From the human T2T-CHM13v2.0 reference genome, Homo sapiens: a stretch of DNA of 64,000 nucleotides. The stretch lies in NCBI RefSeq assembly GCF_009914755.1, contig NC_060946.1, one strand, 5' to 3'. Below the pieces are notes generated by a model. It did no database searches and was not told where the DNA came from. It was given only the letters and a program-made list of their open reading frames with translations. Made by a program: the position numbers and the translations under genes. Positions 13,401 to 24,884 of this stretch are shown here, one piece after another; positions within the stretch are counted from its first letter, which is position 1, and each line of letters begins with the position of its first letter.

Positions 13401-14140
13401 GCAGCATGACAAGAGAGATGGTAGTTGATGGAGCTCATCCTACTTCTCACATCCACCACCACTGTACCACTAGAGGGGTTTGATTCTCTTTCCTAGTTGT
13501 ATAAAAAAAAATGTCCAGGATGAATTCCAATAGTTCCAGTTCAGTTTCCCACACTTGAACCAGTTCCCACTACAACTACCTGGTTGGTGTATGTGAAGAA
13601 CAGTTTTCAAAAGGAGGGCAGGGCAGTTCCCAGGAAAGAGGCACTTCTGGACAGATAAATCCCAGCAGGTGTCCACCTCCCTCTGTTAGCACAGTGACCA
13701 CCATGTATTCTAGGTCATGTGCAAGCCTATCTGTACCCCTTATCTCACCATATGATGAGTGCTTCCAATCAAGGACCGAGCCTTCAGCTTTTCTGCAACG
13801 CACTGCCTAGTGTTGTGCCTGGCAGAAAGGGGTTTGTGCTTAACAAAAAGGTAGATGAATGAATGATAAAGCTAGCAAGTGGAATGAAGATATTGCCAGT
13901 AAGAAAGATTACCCAGGGCTAGAAAGATTAGGAAATAATTTTTGGAGATTATAAGAATGAATGCAGATGCTGAAGAATCAGCAGATGTTAGAATTGCAGA
14001 CAAGAGAGAAGAGGTGATCCCAGACCGAGGTGATTGTCTTAGAAAAAACAAAGTGATAAGCACACACGTGATGTGTTATAGATATGGTAAGCAGCCCAAC
14101 TTGAATGAGCAAGGTGTGTGGGTCAACAAAGTATTGGAGG

Positions 14141-14733
14141 CAGGGCTGGCTTCATGGGTGTGTGTATGGCCAATGCAGATGCTCAGGACCCTGTGCTTAG
14201 AAGGAGGCCCTGAGAGTGGGATTGAATGCATATTGTCACCATCTTGAAATCTTAGTAATTGCATGTTTGAATCTCTGATTAGTGGAATCCAGTGGAACAG
14301 TGATGCATGCACCAGAGGCTATCAATGCCTTCTCATAACCTCCCAGCTTCTCTAGGATGGTCTTGGTCAACTGTTTCCCTGCTGCTACCCAGCAACTACT
14401 GCTCCCTCCATCTTGGTGGGGAAGGGAACTGGGCAGGGGTTCATGGAGGGTTGAGGTCAAGCACTGAGTTGCAGAGTGGAACCAAGTTTCTTCATGGGGT
14501 ATCCATGACTCTAAGTCTCAGGGTGGGTCCCCAGGTCCCTGCGAGACCTAATCTCACCCTGTGAGTATGCTTATGCTCTTTGAGGGATGCATGACATGAA
14601 ATAGCAAATAAAAACCCACTATGACAATTTAAGAGACTATGGAAAAAATAAAAAGCTATCTTTCTGCTTTTTGAGCAATAGGCCCCACATTTTCATCTTG
14701 CACTGGGCCCCACAAATGATGTAGCCAGCCCTG
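14141..14733. mobile_element. hAT-Tip100 family (MER91/Zaphod-like) non-autonomous DNA transposon with both TIRs
   Basis: TIRs cagggctggcttcat ... atgtagccagccctg (14/15 match). MER91-like subterminal sequence ggccccacattttcatcttgcactgggccccacaaat. Confidence 0.75.
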
Positions 14734-14814
14734 GGTAGAATGGAGGCTGGACAGGTGAGTTGGAGACAGGCTGTCAACAGCTTTGACTGCTATCGAGCTC
14801 AGCCTTTACTTTGC

Positions 14815-15040
14815 AGACCAAGACTGACACACTTTTTCTATGAAGAACCAGCTGGTAATTACTTTAGTCTTTGCAGGCCACACAGTCTCTGTTGCAATGA
14901 TTCAACTCTGCTGTTAAAGTGCAAAAACTGTCAGAGACAATACGTAAACCAAAGGGAGAAGCTGTGTTCTAATAAAACTTTATTTAAAGACAGACAGTGG
15001 GCCAGATTTGGCCTGGTAGCCATAGTTTGCCATCTCCTGC
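14815..15040 (+). mobile_element. MER58A-like DNA transposon
   Basis: ctgtgttctaataaaactttattta...gggccagatttggcctgg..gccatagtttgcc. Confidence 0.75.
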
Positions 15041-15325
15041 TGTAGACAAAAGGAAGTCATTGAAGGCAATGTAGCAGCAGAAAGGCACAATCAGAGAAGA
15101 TTTTCTAGATGGTTAACTTGGCCTCAATGTCCATGGTGGGTGAGGGTCGGTCTAGAGGCAGAGGATTTTAGGAAAGAGAATACTGTGAAGCTCCAAGCTC
15201 AAGAAGCCAGGGGCCAAGGCTCGGGAGCAGCAGTGGGGTGGAAGGGTAGGACAAGGCAACACAAAAACCCCACCTAGGTGCTGACACCAAGGCCACTGAC
15301 CCAACTTGGACCCTCTCCCATGCAG

Positions 15326-15477
15326 AAGGAAGGAAGAGCAAGCGGAGGGTTCGTACCACCTTCACCACTGAGCAGCTGCATGAGCTGGAGAAGATCTTCC
15401 ACTTTACCCACTACCCAGACGTTCACATCCGCAGCCAGCTGGCAGCCAGGATCAACCTCCCAGAAGCTCGGGTGCAG
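15326..15477 (+). CDS. ISX: ISX coding exon, homeodomain residues 1-46
   Basis: Acceptor ctctcccatgcag| then (E)[50 protein letters not shown], donor CAG|GTACAG. 152 nt, phase 1 to 0. An intron between homeodomain positions 46/47 is typical of PRD-class genes. Confidence 0.97.
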
Positions 15478-15806
15478 GTACAGCCATCCCTACCTCAGCC
15501 CCTAGCCTCCATGCCCTTGGGACCATGTGTGAGACACAATATATCCAGGGACTTTTCGGGTTGCCCCATCTAAAAGTTTCTGTTGGCTTTATCCTGTGAG
15601 TACAGTCATTTTGGCCAAATATTATTTTCCATGAAATGAGGTCACTATAGCTCCAAAATGGTTTCTCTCCTCTGGGAATGGAAAGGGAGTAAAGTGGCAT
15701 CAGTGATCACCATGGATCTGCTCCATACCCTTCCTCCCCGCTTGGCGACAGTTCCCAAACGTCGTTCACAATGCAGCCTCATTCACAAAGTATTGGCCAT
15801 CTAGAT

Positions 15807-16117
15807 CAGGGGTCAACAACCTTTCTGCAAAGAGCCAGATGGTAATGATATTAGGCTTTGCAGGGTATATCGTCAGTGTCAGAGCAACTGTTCAACCAGG
15901 CCAAGGTAACACAAAAGCAGCCTCAGAAAATACGTAAACACACTTTATTTATGAACATGAAATTTGAATGTTGTGTAATTTGCCTGTGTCATAAAATACT
16001 ACCCTTCTTTTTTTTTCTAGCCATTTAAAAATGTGAAAACGATTCTTAGTTCATGAACCATTCAAAAACAGGTGAAAGGCCAGATTTAGCCTGTAGGCCG
16101 CAGTTTGTCAACCCCTG
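15807..16117 (+). mobile_element. MER58B-like hAT DNA transposon
   Basis: Termini caggggtcaacaa / ttgtcaacccctg, degenerate 8-bp TSD atctagat / atctacaa. Confidence 0.8.
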
Positions 16118-16789
16118 ATCTACAACACATGGGTATCCCTTTGGAGGCAGTGTAGAGAAGTGGAAAAGGTCTTGAATTCGTGGTCTTGGTCGGAAACCTG
16201 GTTTAAGCACCAACAGGCTAATCTCTCATCTGTGATCTCTTCACCGCAGTTTATTGCTTCATGCAGGATTAGAAATACAGTAGCCCATTGTCACTCACTA
16301 GAGGTATTTCCTGCCCTCTTCACATGCACCCAGCTTTGCAAGTGCCACTCTAGCACACGACGTTCCACCAGATCTCACTGTGGCACCGTTAGCATTCTCT
16401 CTAAAATAGTTTTCTAAGTTGCTCTCCTTTTTTTCTTTCCACAAATGTGATGGACTCATTCTAATTCAAAATCAGGCCAACATTCTGTTCTTTATTCTAT
16501 CCTTTCCTTCTGGCTGGGGACCACTCATGTCTAAGACTTCTCTCCTTTTTCTTCCCATCTAGAATCAGGCACTAGCTAAATGGGAAGCCCCTGTATCAGC
16601 CACAAAGCCCAGAATTCAACACCTGCCTATGCAGAATTACCAAGGATAAATGGCCACAAGTCAGGGACCATCAGCACCTGCTCAGGAATGCAGGGAGCTG
16701 CCAATATTCAGCCGGCCAAGAGGCCCCAGGGGTTGAAAAGGGGTGGCCCACTGATGACCCACACATGACTTCCATTTGGTCTGCACAGT

Positions 16790-17020
16790 AGTTTAAAACT
16801 CAGAAGCTTTCACATATAAATCAATATTCCACTTTGGAGATTGCATGAACCTGCAACACCGGACTCACATTTCCACGTGGTGACTGTTGACGGGAGCTGA
16901 GAAGCTGCCCCATTTTGGCTCTATTCACCACAGACCCCGCCAATCCCAATTGGGCAGCACCAGCTGCTTCACTCATGCATGGCCCCCTGGCCCTGTAGGC
17001 ATTGAAGGTGGAAACCCCGG
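16790..17020 (+). mobile_element. MER102-like hAT fragment
   Basis: ctcacatttccacgtggtgac...gggagctgagaagctgcccc...ctggccctgtaggcattgaaggtggaaacccc. Confidence 0.55.
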
Positions 17021-17190
17021 TTCCCTCTCAGAAAGCTGACCTCCAGATCCAAAGACATCCTGGATGCCACAGAGCTTTACAAACTATAAAGTACAGTCCC
17101 TTGGAAGGTGTAGTTATTATGAATTTGGGGGAAGTGGTATTAGATGGAGGAAAACTCTTGCTTATCCCCGTCCTTTCTCCCTGATTACAG

Positions 17191-17307
17191 ATCTGGTTCC
17201 AGAATCAGCGAGCCAAGTGGCGGAAGCAGGAGAAGATTGGCAACCTGGGGGCTCCACAGCAGCTGAGTGAAGCCAGTGTGGCCCTGCCCACAAATCTGGA
17301 TGTGGCT
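17191..17307 (+). CDS. ISX: ISX coding exon, homeodomain helix 3 and linker
   Basis: Acceptor tcctttctccctgattacag| then IWFQNQRAKWRKQEKIGNLGAPQQLSEASVALPTNLDVA, donor |GTAAGT. 117 nt, phase 0 to 0. Confidence 0.97.
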
Positions 17308-17589
17308 GTAAGTGGCTGAGGCCTCAAGGTAGGGTGGAGGGAGCCATTGTCTGGAAATATCCCAGTCAGACCCAGATGTGAAGAAGCACCTCGGGGGCTC
17401 TGTCTACAGGAAAAAGTGCAAGGAAAATTATATTAGAAACAGCATGGGGCAAGGAGAAATCTGGAAGACTGTGGGGCCTGGGACAAGTGGCTGCCTGTCT
17501 GTCCTCATGTCTCCTCCCTTAGTGAACATCATGGTGCCTGTCCTTCCTGTGCAAAACTTCTCAGTTTACAAAACAGGATCACAGAGGGA

Positions 17590-17790
17590 AGTGCAGTACA
17601 CAGATGTTGGACACACGGGCTCTGGAGTCAGACTGCCTGAGTTCGAATCCCAGCTCTGAATTGCCTGAGGAGTGGCTTGGAAGAGTCACCTTATCCCTCA
17701 GAGAATGTAATAAAGTTTTTTGATGAGGATGAAATAACTGAGATGTAGAGGATGCTTAGCACCTAGGAAGTGCTCCCTAAGTATTTAGGG
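17590..17790 (+). mobile_element. MIR SINE (one of many MIR fragments in the window)
   Basis: cacgggctctggagtcagactgcctgagttcgaatcccagctctg matches the MIR 5' core. Confidence 0.8.
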
Positions 17791-18261
17791 AGCCATTCAT
17801 GGAGACAGCACGTATTTTTGAGTGGGCACCAGGTGCTAAACACGGGATAGAGCAGTAAACAAAATAGACAATACTTCCCTGCCCTAGAGTTAAAGGTTTT
17901 TACATACCCACAGTGATGCCATGAGATGAGATTTCTCATTTATTCATTCTTGGCAAATGTAGAAGCTGGGCTCTGAGAGGCAAAGTGACTTTTCCATGTC
18001 AAAACAATTGTAAGTACCAGGACTCAAGCCAGGTTTTAAATCCCCAGACCATGCACTTCTCCCCACCTACAGTAACCAACCATCCAGGTTTGCATGGGTC
18101 CACACAGGACTTTCAGAGCTAAACCCAGAAGGTCCTGAGCAAACCAGAACAAGTGGATCACACTACCCACTCTTAGCTGCCCAAGCCATGGAGGGAAACG
18201 CTGAGAAGCTGCAGAGACAGCTTAGGACTCACTTCTCTCTCCTGACCTCTCCTTGTGACAG

Positions 18262-18501
18262 GGGCCCACGTGGACATCCACTGCTCTGCGCAGGCTGGCT
18301 CCTCCCACGAGCTGTTGTCCATCGGCTCAAGATCAGCTGGCCTCTGCCTGGTTCCCTGCCTGGATCACCCTCCTCCCAGCGCACCCATGGGAAACACAGC
18401 CTGTCCCAGGTCTTCCCATCCATCAAACTTGCATCCCTGTGCTATGCATCCTTCCACCTCCACACCCCAAATGGGGCAGCATCTGTGCTACTTCAACATA
18501 G
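18262..18501 (+). CDS. ISX: ISX last coding exon (C-terminal 79 aa plus stop)
   Basis: Acceptor ctctccttgtgacag| then GPTWTSTALRRLAPPTSCCPSAQDQLASAWFPAWITLLPAHPWETQPVPGLPIHQTCIPVLCILPPPHPKWGSICATST, TAG at 18499-18501. Confidence 0.95.
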   Translation, partial: GPTWTSTALRRLAPPTSCCPSAQDQLASAWFPAWITLLPAHPWETQPVPGLPIHQTCIPVLCILPPPHPKWGSICATST

Positions 18502-18678
18502 AGATTGGACATGCTCTCCCCAAATGAGCCACTTTCCTCTCCAGGTGAAGGCAGGTAGCAGATGTGCCCTGGGCCTCTGGGGAAATCGATCTCACAATCC
18601 AAAAATGGCCCACAGCCCAGGAAGCTACCCTGAACATGCCAGTTGGAAGGCTGCACCAGACTCAAAAGCAAACTAAAC

Positions 18679-18684
18679 AATAAA
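18679..18684 (+). terminator. Possible proximal poly(A) signal
   Basis: AATAAA about 180 nt after the stop codon; downstream sequence is pyrimidine-rich but not strongly GU-rich. Confidence 0.35.
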
Positions 18685-20168
18685 GGACAGCTCTCTTCTC
18701 TCCTGGCTAAAGCTGCTCTCCTGGTTCAGAAGACAGGCTGGATGAGATCTCAGGCCGAGCTCTGAAATAGGGAGGTAATCCTCCAGCACCTGTGTTTCCT
18801 CTAACTTGCTGTGTGACCTCCAGCCGGTCACTCACCCTCTCTGGACCTCATCTGTAAGAGGAGCCAGCTGGATAAGATGATTTCTGAAGACGCTTCCATG
18901 GTGGGCACTGAGGCACAGAGGAGGCCAAGGAGAGGTTGTTTGTTCATGCATGCATTCATCCGTGACACATGAGTACCTACTGAGGACTCCATAAACAGAA
19001 CGGGATACAGAGATAAACAATTTGGGTTCTGTCCACGTTTGTCAAAAGGTGGTGCTGGCCCACCTCTGAAAGCAGAACACTTGCTCAACAACCTTGCTGT
19101 TGGCCCAAGTCTAACACATTCTTTATGACTGTGAGCATCTCAGAGTGAGAGAAAAATGTAGAAAGTTTTTTAAATTCTAAACAGGATTTAGTGTCTTTAG
19201 TTATCTTGCTGGATGGGAAAGGGATGTTGTCATTTCTGGCACAAATGAAAAGTAGGACGGAAAGCTCCTTTCATTCAGTTTATCTTTCCAGGATATATGA
19301 AAAGGGACCAGCTGGAAGACTAGCCTCACTCTGTCCTCGAAAGCCTGAGCTTTCATTCAACTCCCTATTTCCATGCAAAGACGCTGGGCAAACCACATGT
19401 TCTGTCTGAGCCTCAGTTTTCCTATCCATAAAATGAAGGTAGCCAGGCCTGCCTCAAAGAGCATTCAGGAGGCTCTGAGAGGACATGAGAGTATTTTGCA
19501 AAGTGAGGGCAAGGCCCAGTGTGGAGTGATATTGTTATTCCAAGATTCCACTGCAAAAGTGGCTGCTTTGGATGCCAGCCCAGGATGAGTAGTTCCTGTT
19601 CTCAGGGAGGTCATCCGCTGAGCATCCCTTCTGCACAGATGTCTCTGATTCTTGTCCTTGCAGGTGGAGGACAGGGCCTGCTCCCCTAAGCTGGGAAGCC
19701 TGGAATGACCTCTTGCACAAGCCTAAATTCCAGGAATCTTCCCCAAATCCCAGATCCTCTGCAATCTACCTGCACCCCTGACCCACCCAGGAGTTGGACC
19801 GGGAGTTGGGAAGCCTAGGTCTTAGTCCTACACTCCTTCTAATTTGCTGTGTAACCTTACCATTAATCTCTCTGGGTCTCAGTTTTCTCATCTGTATTGG
19901 AGGTAGCAGTGCTAGCTCTGCCTTCAGGCATGCAATATGCCAGAACTACAGACAACAGCCCACAGGATGCAAAAGTGCTTTGCCATCTTAAAAATGCCAG
20001 ATCACTCAGAGCCTATGAATGTGGATATCAACACCAGGTCTCTAGCACCGCTGGATGAAAGGAGAAGGCTAGAGGCTGAGGGAGGAAAGAGCAGTTAACA
20101 AACAAAGGCAGTAGCTCATCACTTGGGTAGCAGGTACCCATTTTAGGACCCTACACTCAAATGTGCAA

Positions 20169-20174
20169 AATAAA
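20169..20174 (+). terminator. Distal poly(A) signal of ISX
   Basis: AATAAA followed about 25-45 nt later by a U/GU-rich element (tttactttctatgttgtttg). Confidence 0.8.
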
Positions 20175-21507
20175 ATTTCTATCATTTTGCTATAACTGGA
20201 TTTACTTTCTATGTTGTTTGCAGGAAATGTATTCTGGTAACTTCTAGGTTACTGATGCCTCAGGCACTTCAGGTTTAAAGGCAGTCACTTGAGATCGTTG
20301 CCCTCTGTTCCCCTTCTTCCCACAGGGGTCTTTGCTAGGCTGAGGGGCAGGGTTGGAGAAGTGTTTATGCAAATGCCACCTCCAGCCTCCCAGAGGGGAT
20401 GTTTGCTTCCCAGCTTTCTCAGTCTCCTACTAGTGTCTTATCTAGCCTGGCCTTGGGCATGACCCCTCTGCCCTAGAGATGTATCACCCCATTCAACTCC
20501 CTATTGGGGGTTCACTCCACATCCTCCGCTGTAGCCTCTCACCACAGTTGTGAATCTTCGCTGGCTTCCTCTCTTTCTCATGAGCAAGAGGAAAAGCTGA
20601 CAACTATCCCACACACTTCTAGGGCCATGGGAGCCCTGGGCCAGGCAGCAGGTCTCATTCATTCTAGACCTCCTACAGCCATTTCTCATGCCCTGGTGAT
20701 AGGAAGGTCATGGATGAGACTTGCAGATCTCCAAACTTGTAAGAGGAATGGAAAAGATGCAGGTCCCCTCTGCTCTGGGGTCCCACTCCCCTTTCTCAGC
20801 AACATACTCCTTCCCCAGGCTCCTCTTGAAACAGGATTTTCTCAACCATAGAGATTCAGATGATCAGATGTCTCAGCTTCACTACTGAGGTAAACATTGA
20901 TTTTGTGAGGCCACTTCTTTCCCCCCAGGAATTTTCTCCCCAATAACTATTTTTATTCCCTTTACCTTATGTGTGTGGGATAAAGGAATCACTTTAGAAC
21001 TCTTGCCAGGTGTGTGACCTTGGGCAAGTGGCATGTCCCCTCTCTGTACCTGTTCCCTGGATAACAACAATTTCTTGCCTCTTAGAGTTTCTGTGACAAT
21101 TAAATGAGTTAATACATTTTGGCACATGGTGGACACTCAAGCCATATTAAGAAAAACTCATTTTCCCAAATACACCTTCTACCTCTTTCTACTTCTGAGC
21201 TTGAGCATCCATTCTGATCTCAAGCTCTATTCCAGGAGTTCTTAAACCAGTCTCCAGGAAGTCAAGGAGTTCCCAAGAGACTATGCAAAATTGTGTGTAT
21301 CTGTGTGTTTATTTTTTCTAGGGAAAGGGTTCATTGCTTTCATCAGCTTTTCAAAGAGCTCTGGGGCATAAAAAATAATAATAATAAAGAATCTCTGTCA
21401 GACATATCTGAGTCAGATCTTGACAGCTTCATATTCTAGCTGTGAGGACTACAGACTTGAGAGAAGATGAAGGATAACTATTTTAGAAAGGTAAAATAAA
21501 AAAATAT

Positions 21508-21923
21508 TGCTATGGTTTGAATGTGTCCCCCAAAAAATGTGTGTCAGAAACCTAATCACCGTTGTAACAGTGTTAAGAGGTAGAACTTTTAAGAGGTGAT
21601 TAGGCCATGAGTCTCTGTCCTTATGAATGGATTAATGTTGTTATTACCAGAATGTGTTCCTTATAAAAGGATAAGTTCAGAATCTCTCTCTCTCCACCCC
21701 CCAACCCCCGGCACCTTCTCTCCCCTTCTCTCCTCCACTCCTCCACCATTTTCCTTCCACCATGGTATGACACACCTTGACAGCAAGAAGGCCCTCACCA
21801 GATGCCAGTCCCTTGTTCTTGGACTTCCCAGCCTCCAGAACCATGAGCCAATAAATTTCTTTTCATATATTAATTACCCAAGCTGTGGTATGCTGTAATA
21901 GCAGCACAAAATGAACTAAGGAA
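21508..21923 (+). mobile_element. MST (MaLR) solo LTR
   Basis: tgctatggtttgaatgtgtcccc...ggacttcccagcctccagaaccatgagccaataaatttc...gcagcacaaaatgaactaag; near-TSD aatat/aatag. Confidence 0.85.
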
Positions 21924-22590
21924 AATAGAAAATGAACAAATGCCCAAGTTTTATTTAGCTCATTAATTAATGAGAGAACTGCTAAGATGTCATAACCAGC
22001 TCAAAGGTGAACATGCACACATATTAAAGGAACAGACAAGCATACAGGCAATCAGGAATGCTGAAATGAATTACAAATAAAGAAAAACAAGAGTCAATAG
22101 CCATAGGGAAACAATCAATTTCATCTCCACCAAGCATGACTTATTTGCATTTCTAGTGACAAGAATCACTTTCATTTCTAACCATTCTCTACTCATTGAA
22201 GTTGAAAAATAGCTCAAAGATAATAAAGATGCAGATATTCTGAAAGAATGTGCTAGACAAAATACCCTGTAATCTTTATGGGCCCTTTTCAAAATCTTTC
22301 AAAAATTTGTACCCGCATAAAGTTACTTTGTCTATCTGAATCTCACTTTCCTCATCCATTAAATGGGGATGACCACCTGCCTCAGAAGATTGCCATGAAG
22401 ATTATATTAGATGATGTGCGTATAGTTTTGTGCGAATAAAACACTTTGAGTGTAGGAAATCTTTATTGCTTTTCAAGCTCCTCTAGAACTCAAGTTTAAA
22501 AGCCCATATCTGTAAAGTGTTTTGAACTACAGTAATATTTCTTTAATATCCATCCACCTTTTATAGTTCAATTTCTTAAAAGGCTAACCC

Positions 22591-22853
22591 AGAGGCCAAG
22601 TTGGGTGGATCACGAGGTCAGGAGATCGAGACCATCCTGGCTAACATGGTGAAACCCCGTCTCTACTAAAAATACAAAAAATTAGCCAGGCGTGGTGGTG
22701 GGTGCCTGTAGTCTCAGCTACTAGGGAGGCTGAGGCAGGAGAATGGCATAAACCCAGAAGGCGGAGCTTGCAGTGAGCCAAGATCATGCCACTGCACTCC
22801 AGCCTGCGCGACAGAGCAAGACTCCATCTGAAAAAAAAAAAAAAAAAAAAAAA
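22591..22853 (+). mobile_element. AluY-like, 5'-truncated
   Basis: Diagnostic ctggctaac, gaatggc, gagcttgcag; A23 tail; TSD aaaaggctaacc. Confidence 0.92.
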
Positions 22854-22859
22854 GGCTAA

Positions 22860-23420
22860 CCAAGCAATAGAAAATGGGCAAAAAGCAAAAATAAGAGATT
22901 CACAGGAAAAACATAGAAATGGATACTAAACATATGAAAATATTCTCAACCTCACTCATAATTAAAAACGTAAGTAAGTTAGTAATGAAATATATTTTTA
23001 ACCCTTCAGATTGGCAAATATTTAAAATGTTGGTGAAGAATTGATGAAACAGGCACTCTCATATATAAGAAAGTGTGAATTAGTAAATCATTTTTGAAGA
23101 CAGTTTGGCATCAACTATTAATATTCTAAATGCAAATCTCTTGACCTAATTGTATTTGCAAGAATTTATCCAATAAATACACATGTATATAAACACTGTA
23201 TATAAGAATGTTCACCAAGGCTTTATAATAGCAAAAACTAGAAACCATCTAAATAGGACACTGGTTGAGTCTATTGTAATATATTCATCTGGCTGTTAAA
23301 AATAAGAGATTGTAATGTGCCTCATGAGAAATTACCATTAGATATGTCATTAAATAGAAATATCAAGTTGCAGAACAGTATTATGATCTCACTTAAGAAA
23401 AAAATGAAAATGATATCTTC
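22860..23420 (+). mobile_element. Old L1 (L1ME-like) fragment
   Basis: aatagaaaatgggcaaaa...aaacatatgaaaatattctcaacctcactcataatt...gcaaaaactagaaacc. Confidence 0.65.
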
Positions 23421-23429
23421 ATAAAAACA

Positions 23430-24030
23430 ACCTTTTGTATAAATGTATGAGGTACAAGTGCCATTTTGTTACATGCATAGATTGTATTGTGATCATCAAG
23501 GCTTTTAGGGTATCCATCCTTCAAGTAATGTACATTGCACCCATTAAGTAATTTTCTCATCATCTATCCCCCGCTCACCCCCTCATCCTTTCAAATCTCC
23601 ATTGTCTATCATTCCACTTGCTATGTCTATGTGTACATATCTTTTAACTCCCACTTATGAGTGATAAATGCAATATTTGTCTAACTGTGCCTGACTCCAC
23701 TTAGATAATGAGCTCTAGTTCCATCCATGTTCCTGCAAAAGATATAATTTTATTCTTTTTTATGCCTGAATAGTATTCCATTGTGTATGAACATTACATT
23801 TTCTTCATCCAATCCTCCAGTGACAGACGCTTAGGTTAATTCCATATCTTCGCTATAGTGAATAGCGCTGCAATACACATATGAGTGCAGGTATCTTTTT
23901 TATATACTGATTTCTTTTCCTTTGGGTAGATACCAAGTAGTGGGACTGCAGGATTAAATGGTAGCTCTATGTTGAGTTCTTTGAGAAGTCTCCATGCTGT
24001 GCTCCATGCTTGTACTAATCTACATCCTTT
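23430..24030 (-). mobile_element. L1 3' end (L1PB/L1MA-like)
   Basis: Minus-strand ORF 23836-24051 gives an L1 ORF2 C-terminal peptide (WRLLKELNIELPFNPAVPLLGIYPKE...AALFTIAKIWN), followed by L1 3' UTR. Confidence 0.88.
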
Positions 24031-24490
24031 ATAGGCCAGTGGTTTTTGCATAAGTCAGTTTCTGCTCCATATCAAACTACCCCAAAACTTAGTGGCCTGA
24101 AACAGCAATCGCTTCTTTGGTTCATAGTTCTGTGGCTTGACTAGGTTCTTCATCTGGTGTGGGCTGATTCAACTAATCTCAGCTGGTCAATCTATGGCCA
24201 CTGGGTGATCTAGGATGACCTCACTCACAGGTCTGGGTTGGCAGGCTGTTAGCTGAGGTAACAGAGTGAGTGGGCCACATGGCTCTCATCAGCTTCTTCA
24301 TTTAGGAGTCACTGGATTCCAACAGCGCAAAAGCAGAAGCTAGGAAAGACTCCTGAAGCTTAAGGCTCAGAATTCATACATCACTCCTGTTGCATTCTAT
24401 TGGTTAAAGCAAGTCACAAACCCAGCTCAGAGTGAAGGTATGGGAAAGTAGATTCCTCCTCTTTGTGGGAAGTGCTGCCGAGTGCCATTC

Positions 24491-24856
24491 TGTATTAGCA
24501 TGTTTTCACACTGCTATAAAGAACTACCCCAAACTGGGTAATTTATAAAGGAAAGAAGTTTAATTGATTTATAGCTCAACGTGGCTTGGGAGGCCTCAGG
24601 AAACTTACAATCATGGCAGAAGGGGAAGGGGAAGCAAGTCACCTCCTTCACGTGGCAGCAGGAAGGAGAAGTGCTGAGTGAAGGGGGAAGAGCCCCTTAT
24701 AAAACCATGAGATCTCATGAGAATTCACTCACTATCATGAGAACAGCATGGCGTAAACCATTTACCTCCACCTGGTCTCTCCTTTGACACGTGGGGATTA
24801 TGGGGATTATAATTCAAGATGAGATTTGGGTGGGGACACAAAGCCTAACCATATCA
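24491..24856 (-). mobile_element. THE1 (THE1D-like) solo LTR nested in an MLT1 LTR (about 24050-24880)
   Basis: tgtattag...ggaggcctcaggaaacttacaatcatggcagaagg...gagatttgggtggggacaca..ccatatca; near-TSD cattc/catgc. Confidence 0.88.
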
Positions 24857-24884
24857 CATGCCTTGTTTACCATCCACCATGACT

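Larger units (their letters stand above)
18502..20195 (+). other. ISX: ISX 3' UTR (end approximate)
   Basis: Runs from the stop codon to about 20 nt past AATAAA at 20169-20174. Contains MIR fragments near 18800-18890, 19390-19450 and 19800-19900. Confidence 0.75.

Noticed and set aside
15278-15505. ORF-track peptide over the homeobox exon
   Set aside because: Wrong reading frame; the homeodomain is in a different frame defined by the splice sites.
18188-18676. 162-aa ORF overlapping the last ISX exon in another frame and stopping just before the proximal AATAAA
   Set aside because: It starts in the intron, no splice site joins it to upstream exons in that frame, and it has no recognisable domain.
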